A DNA stretch of 64,000 nucleotides from Candidatus Omnitrophota bacterium (GTDB taxonomy: Bacteria > Omnitrophota > Gorgyraeia > Zapsychrales > Zapsychraceae): positions 133 through 64,132 of the forward strand of contig JAIORP010000030.1 in assembly GCA_021108075.1 (NCBI GenBank), read 5' to 3'. Below, in pieces: positions 60,218-64,000 of the stretch; within the stretch, counting starts at the first letter, position 1; each line of letters begins with the position of its first letter. The position numbers and the translations under genes were made by a program. The notes below the pieces were generated by a model that worked only from the letters and a program-made list of their open reading frames with translations, was not told the origin of the DNA and ran no database searches.

Positions 60218-60601
60218 ATGGAAAAAACAATTTTTTATCATGATACAGATGCCGGTGGTGTTGTCTATTATGCTAATTATTTGAAATATATGGAAGAGGC
60301 CCGGACGGTTTTTTTTATTCAGAAGGGGATAGCTTTAGAAGATTTAAAGGATGGTCAATTTTTTTATGCTGTCCGCAAGTGCTCCGTCACGTATCAAAGT
60401 CCGGCCAGATATGGTGATACGATAATATGTGAGACTCAACTGGAAAAAATCACGGCCGCTCAAATATTTTTCAAGCAAAATATTTATAATAAACAGGACA
60501 ATCGGATACTCGTAACAGCGGATGTGACACTCGTTTGTTTAACGGCTGATTTTAAGGCCACAACAGTCTCCGAAGAAGTGAAACAAAAGTTATCAGCTTA
60601 A
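60218..60601 (+). CDS. Acyl-CoA thioesterase, YbgC/4HBT family
   Basis: It has the N-terminus YHDTDAGGVVYYANYLKYMEEAR, a hotdog fold and a length of 127 aa. Confidence 0.8.
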   Translation: MEKTIFYHDTDAGGVVYYANYLKYMEEARTVFFIQKGIALEDLKDGQFFYAVRKCSVTYQSPARYGDTIICETQLEKITAAQIFFKQNIYNKQDNRILVTADVTLVCLTADFKATTVSEEVKQKLSA

Positions 60602-60700
60602 TTTTTAATGCCGAGTAAATGATTTAGGTCTTGTCAATGGATGTGTTTAATGGTACTATAAAATTTCAATTTTTTATTAAATTAATGAACAATAATAACT

Positions 60701-60985
60701 ATGCTGTCAGAAAAACAAGTCCAACAGATAGCGTCTTTAGCGCGAATTCATTTAAATCCAAATGATATCAGCTTTTTGCAAAAGGATTTAGAGAAAATAC
60801 TGGATTACATTGACCAATTAAACAATTTGGATGTTAAGGATATTGAGCCGACCAGTCATGTCTTGCCGCTTAAGAACGTCTTTCGGGATGATGTGCTCAA
60901 GGAATCTCTCGATCAAAATACCGCCTTGAGTATCGCTGTAGAGAAGAAAAATGGTTCATTTAAAGTCCCCAAAATCATTGAATAA
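60701..60985 (+). CDS. gatC: Glutamyl-tRNA(Gln) amidotransferase subunit C
   Basis: It is 94 aa with a GatC pattern (ARI.L...D......L..IL.Y...L). It lies upstream of gatA. Confidence 0.85.
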   Translation: MLSEKQVQQIASLARIHLNPNDISFLQKDLEKILDYIDQLNNLDVKDIEPTSHVLPLKNVFRDDVLKESLDQNTALSIAVEKKNGSFKVPKIIE

Positions 60986-61003
60986 TGAAACTCTGTCTTT
61001 CTT

Positions 61004-62443
61004 ATGGAATTATATGAATTAACAGCGCATGAATTGCTGGATCAAATAAAAAATAACGCAACAACTCCGCGGGATATTCAACAATCGCTTAAAGAACAAA
61101 TTGAGCGGGTTGATCAGAAGGTTCATGCCTATGTGCGCCTGTTTGCTGATGGTTTGAATGCAATTCCTGATCCCCAGAATGCTTGTCCGATTCCCATTGC
61201 GATTAAAGATAATATGTGTGTGTCGGGGCAAGAAACGACATGCGCGTCAACCATTCTGGCCGGTTTTGTCCCGCCGTATGATGCCACGGTTATTCAAAGG
61301 ATTAAGACACAGGGTTGTCCGCTTATCGGCCATGTGAATATGGATGAATTTGCCTTCGGATCATCAACAGAAACGTCTTGTTACGGTCCGACGTCTAATC
61401 CCTGGAATTTGGAATGTGTGCCAGGTGGTTCGAGCGGTGGATCAGCTGCTGTTGTCGCGTCCAGTGAATCGGTCTGGGCGATTGGCTCTGATACAGGCGG
61501 ATCGATTCGTCAACCAGCTGCTTTATGTGGAATCGTCGGGATGAAGCCAACCTACGGACGTGTCTCCCGTTATGGTCTGATCGCCTTTGCCTCTAGCTTG
61601 GACCAGATTGGACCCTTAACTAAGGATGTGCGCGACTCCGCGTTATTGCTGAATATTATCGCCGGACCTGATCCGATGGACTCGACTTGTATTGACCGAC
61701 CGGTTCCAGACTATACACAATCTTTGGTCAATGATGTCAGGGGATTGAAAATCGGCATTCCCAAAGAATATTTTATTGAAGGAATGCAACCTGACGTCAA
61801 GGCCCGCGTTTTAGACGCGATTAAATTGTTGAAAAAGCAAGGGGCAGAATTTGTCGATATCACCCTGCCCCATACTGAATATGCGGTCGCAACATATTAT
61901 ATCATTGGTACGGCTGAAGCGAGTTCAAACTTAGCCCGTTATGATGGTGTTCAATACGGTTTACGCAAACAACCGGATCACTTGCGAAAGTCCACATTAG
62001 TCGATATGTATGAAGAAACCCGTTCGCGTGGTTTTGGCAAGGAAGCGAAACGTCGGGTGATGTTAGGTGCGTATTCTCTATCGGCCGGATATTATGATGC
62101 TTATTATTTAAAGGGTTTAAAGGTCCGCACATTGATCAAGCAAGATTTTGATAAAGCTTTTGATATTGTTGATGCGATTATTACACCGACATCTCCGACG
62201 ACAGCGTTTAAAATCGGGGAAAAGATTGATGACCCATTAGCGATGTATTTATCGGATATTTATACCATTTCAGCAAATCTAGCCGGTATCCCCGCGATCT
62301 CAATCCCGTGCGGTTTTGGGAATGATGGCTTGCCGGTTGGTCTACAAATTATGACGAAACCGTTTGACGAAGAAATGATGTTTCGTGTTGCTTACGCGTA
62401 TGAACAAAACACAGAGTGGCATAAGCAGCGTGTCCAACTATAG
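61004..62443 (+). CDS. gatA: Glutamyl-tRNA(Gln) amidotransferase subunit A
   Basis: It has the amidase signature [13 protein letters not shown]...GSDTGGSIR. Confidence 0.92.
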   Translation: MELYELTAHELLDQIKNNATTPRDIQQSLKEQIERVDQKVHAYVRLFADGLNAIPDPQNACPIPIAIKDNMCVSGQETTCASTILAGFVPPYDATVIQRIKTQGCPLIGHVNMDEFAFGSSTETSCYGPTSNPWNLECVPGGSSGGSAAVVASSESVWAIGSDTGGSIRQPAALCGIVGMKPTYGRVSRYGLIAFASSLDQIGPLTKDVRDSALLLNIIAGPDPMDSTCIDRPVPDYTQSLVNDVRGLKIGIPKEYFIEGMQPDVKARVLDAIKLLKKQGAEFVDITLPHTEYAVATYYIIGTAEASSNLARYDGVQYGLRKQPDHLRKSTLVDMYEETRSRGFGKEAKRRVMLGAYSLSAGYYDAYYLKGLKVRTLIKQDFDKAFDIVDAIITPTSPTTAFKIGEKIDDPLAMYLSDIYTISANLAGIPAISIPCGFGNDGLPVGLQIMTKPFDEEMMFRVAYAYEQNTEWHKQRVQL

Positions 62444-62460
62444 AAGGCATGACATAACAG

Positions 62461-63906
62461 ATGAATCAATTAAAACAAGAATTTGAAACAGTTATTGGAT
62501 TGGAAGTCCACTTGCAGCTTAACACAGCAACAAAGATTTTTTGTGGTTGTGCAAACGTGTTCGGCGATGATCCCAATACGAATACGTGTCCGGTTTGTCT
62601 GGGATTGCCGGGTACGTTGCCTGTCTTAAATAAACAGGCCTTGTTCTCTTCGATCAAAATCGGTCTGGCTTTGAATTGTCAAATCAATCCTTATATTAAA
62701 TTTGACCGCAAGAACTATTATTATCCTGATCTTCCCAAAGGTTATCAAATTTCTCAATTTGATTTGCCGGTTGCATGGGATGGGCATATTGATATCAGCG
62801 TTGGGAACGGTCAAAAGAAGACGATCCGGATCAAGCGCGCGCATATGGAAGAAGATGCGGGAAAGCTGATCCATGACAATAATGCTGACTGCAGTCTCGT
62901 TGATTATAACCGGACGGGAACACCTCTGATGGAGATTGTGACCGAACCGGATTTGCGCTTCTCACAGGAAGCTTATGATTATTTACATATCCTTAAATTG
63001 ACGTTGCAGTACTTAAACATTTCTGACTGCGACATGGAAAAAGGAAGCTTGCGTTGTGATGCCAATATTTCAATCCGTCCTAAAGGGCAAACAACACTCG
63101 GGACTAAGACAGAATTGAAAAATATGAATTCTTTTAAAGCTGTAAAAGCTGCTTTGGAGTATGAAGAAAAACGGCATCGCAAGGTCATTCTTGACGGCGG
63201 TCAAATTAGTCAAGAGACGTTGTTGTGGGATGAGAACCGACAACGGACTTTAACGATGCGTACAAAAGAAGACGCCCATGATTACCGTTATTTTTCCGAA
63301 CCGGATTTAGTACCATTTGTCGTTGATGAGAAGGCAATCCAGGATATTAAGAATTCATTGCCGGAAAACCCGGACGAGAAATTAGAGAGATTTATTCGTG
63401 ATTATGAATTGTCATCATATGACGCGGGCATCCTGGTCGCGGACTTATCTTTGGCCAATTTTTTTGAGGACTGCGCGAAAATGTATCCCGACACAAAGAA
63501 AATTTGTAACTGGATCAACGGAGCCTTGTTACAGGAACTAAATGCCCGCAAGCTCAACCTAAAAGACATTGATCTGTCGGTCAACGATTTTATTGCGATC
63601 ATTAAGAAAGTCGATGGAAATATTTTAAGCAATTTAGCGGCAAAGGACGCTTTGCGGTATGTTATTGATACAGGCAAAAGTACGGAGGAGATTATTAAGG
63701 AAAAAGGATTGGCCCAGGTTTCTGATGAGGGGTCGTTGCTGGTAGTTATCGATGAAGTTATAAAGGAAAATGAAACGGTGGTTCAAGAGATTAAGTCCGG
63801 TAAAGAAAGCGCAATCGGTTTTCTGATCGGGCAGGCCATGCGCAAAACTAAGGGGAAAGCCAATCCTAAAAAAGTTGGCGATTTGATCAAACAAAAATTA
63901 CTATAA
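62461..63906 (+). CDS. gatB: Glutamyl-tRNA(Gln) amidotransferase subunit B
   Basis: It has the N-terminus ETVIGLEVHLQLNT...KIFC and a GatB/YqeY C-terminal domain. Confidence 0.92.
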   Translation: MNQLKQEFETVIGLEVHLQLNTATKIFCGCANVFGDDPNTNTCPVCLGLPGTLPVLNKQALFSSIKIGLALNCQINPYIKFDRKNYYYPDLPKGYQISQFDLPVAWDGHIDISVGNGQKKTIRIKRAHMEEDAGKLIHDNNADCSLVDYNRTGTPLMEIVTEPDLRFSQEAYDYLHILKLTLQYLNISDCDMEKGSLRCDANISIRPKGQTTLGTKTELKNMNSFKAVKAALEYEEKRHRKVILDGGQISQETLLWDENRQRTLTMRTKEDAHDYRYFSEPDLVPFVVDEKAIQDIKNSLPENPDEKLERFIRDYELSSYDAGILVADLSLANFFEDCAKMYPDTKKICNWINGALLQELNARKLNLKDIDLSVNDFIAIIKKVDGNILSNLAAKDALRYVIDTGKSTEEIIKEKGLAQVSDEGSLLVVIDEVIKENETVVQEIKSGKESAIGFLIGQAMRKTKGKANPKKVGDLIKQKLL

Positions 63907-63947
63907 ATTTTATGTTTTACTCATTTTTCAATAAGGAGGATGATATA

Positions 63948-64000
63948 TGAAAAAGAAGTTTCTTACTTTCTTGTCGGCATCTGTTATCTTATTTTCATTA
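63948..64000 (+). CDS. 5' fragment of a secreted protein (signal peptide only; truncated by the window end)
   Basis: MKKKFLTFLSASVILFSL follows GGAGGA. Confidence 0.3.

Noticed and set aside
59973-60284. 103-aa ORF spanning the hairpin-rich gap and overlapping the thioesterase start
   Set aside because: It has low-complexity, hydrophobic, implausible composition. It overlaps a well-supported CDS. It is more likely non-coding.
1-64000. Mobile elements, CRISPR arrays and defence systems
   Set aside because: No transposase, integrase, recombinase, Cas or restriction-modification gene is present in any frame. No short regularly spaced direct repeats were seen. The only repeats are the palindromic element and the coding lysine-tail repeats.

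Overview
The window is a 64-kb bacterial chromosomal segment of roughly 40% GC, dense with core metabolism, and it carries no transposase, integrase or CRISPR array. Minus strand, 151-2451: a LuxR-type response regulator and a cytoplasmic GAF-PAS histidine kinase. Plus strand, 3005-19448: rplM-rpsI, a co-directional 13-kb arginine plus lysine biosynthesis supercluster (argCJBDFGH, lysA, dapF, dapA, dapB and a DapL-type LL-diaminopimelate aminotransferase), then folK, panC and an aspartate-dehydrogenase-like gene. Then, 19642-23129: a lysine-rich histone-H1-like gene and uvrA. The most system-like region is a 15-kb co-directional block at 23324-38367. It holds an 838-aa TPR protein, ExbB/ExbD (TolQ/TolR-type) motor genes, three small unknown membrane proteins, a complete type IV pilus-like apparatus (PilM/N fusion, PilO, PilP-like, PilQ secretin, PilB ATPase, PilC platform) and five prepilin genes. 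The block ends about 100 bp before a tRNA-Ala(CGC). Downstream are rsmE, a GT-C-like membrane glycosyltransferase with C-terminal TPRs, recA-recX, alaS, a partial his operon (hisD, hisB, hisH, hisA, hisF, hisI), trpE/pabB-like, rpsP, yajC, fused secDF, an N- and C-terminally truncated Mfd-like translocase, surA-pdxA-ksgA, a PilZ-like gene on the minus strand, a YbgC-type thioesterase and gatCAB. Notable non-coding signals are: a roughly 100-bp palindromic element present in two intergenic copies; a promoter plus intrinsic-terminator leader in front of the major pilin gene; a perfect 21-bp inverted repeat between the major and minor pilin genes; tandem MshEN-type c-di-GMP-binding motifs at the PilB N-terminus; and a T9 tract inside the pilM/N gene. 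All calls rest on reading the supplied translations and raw sequence. No database search was possible.
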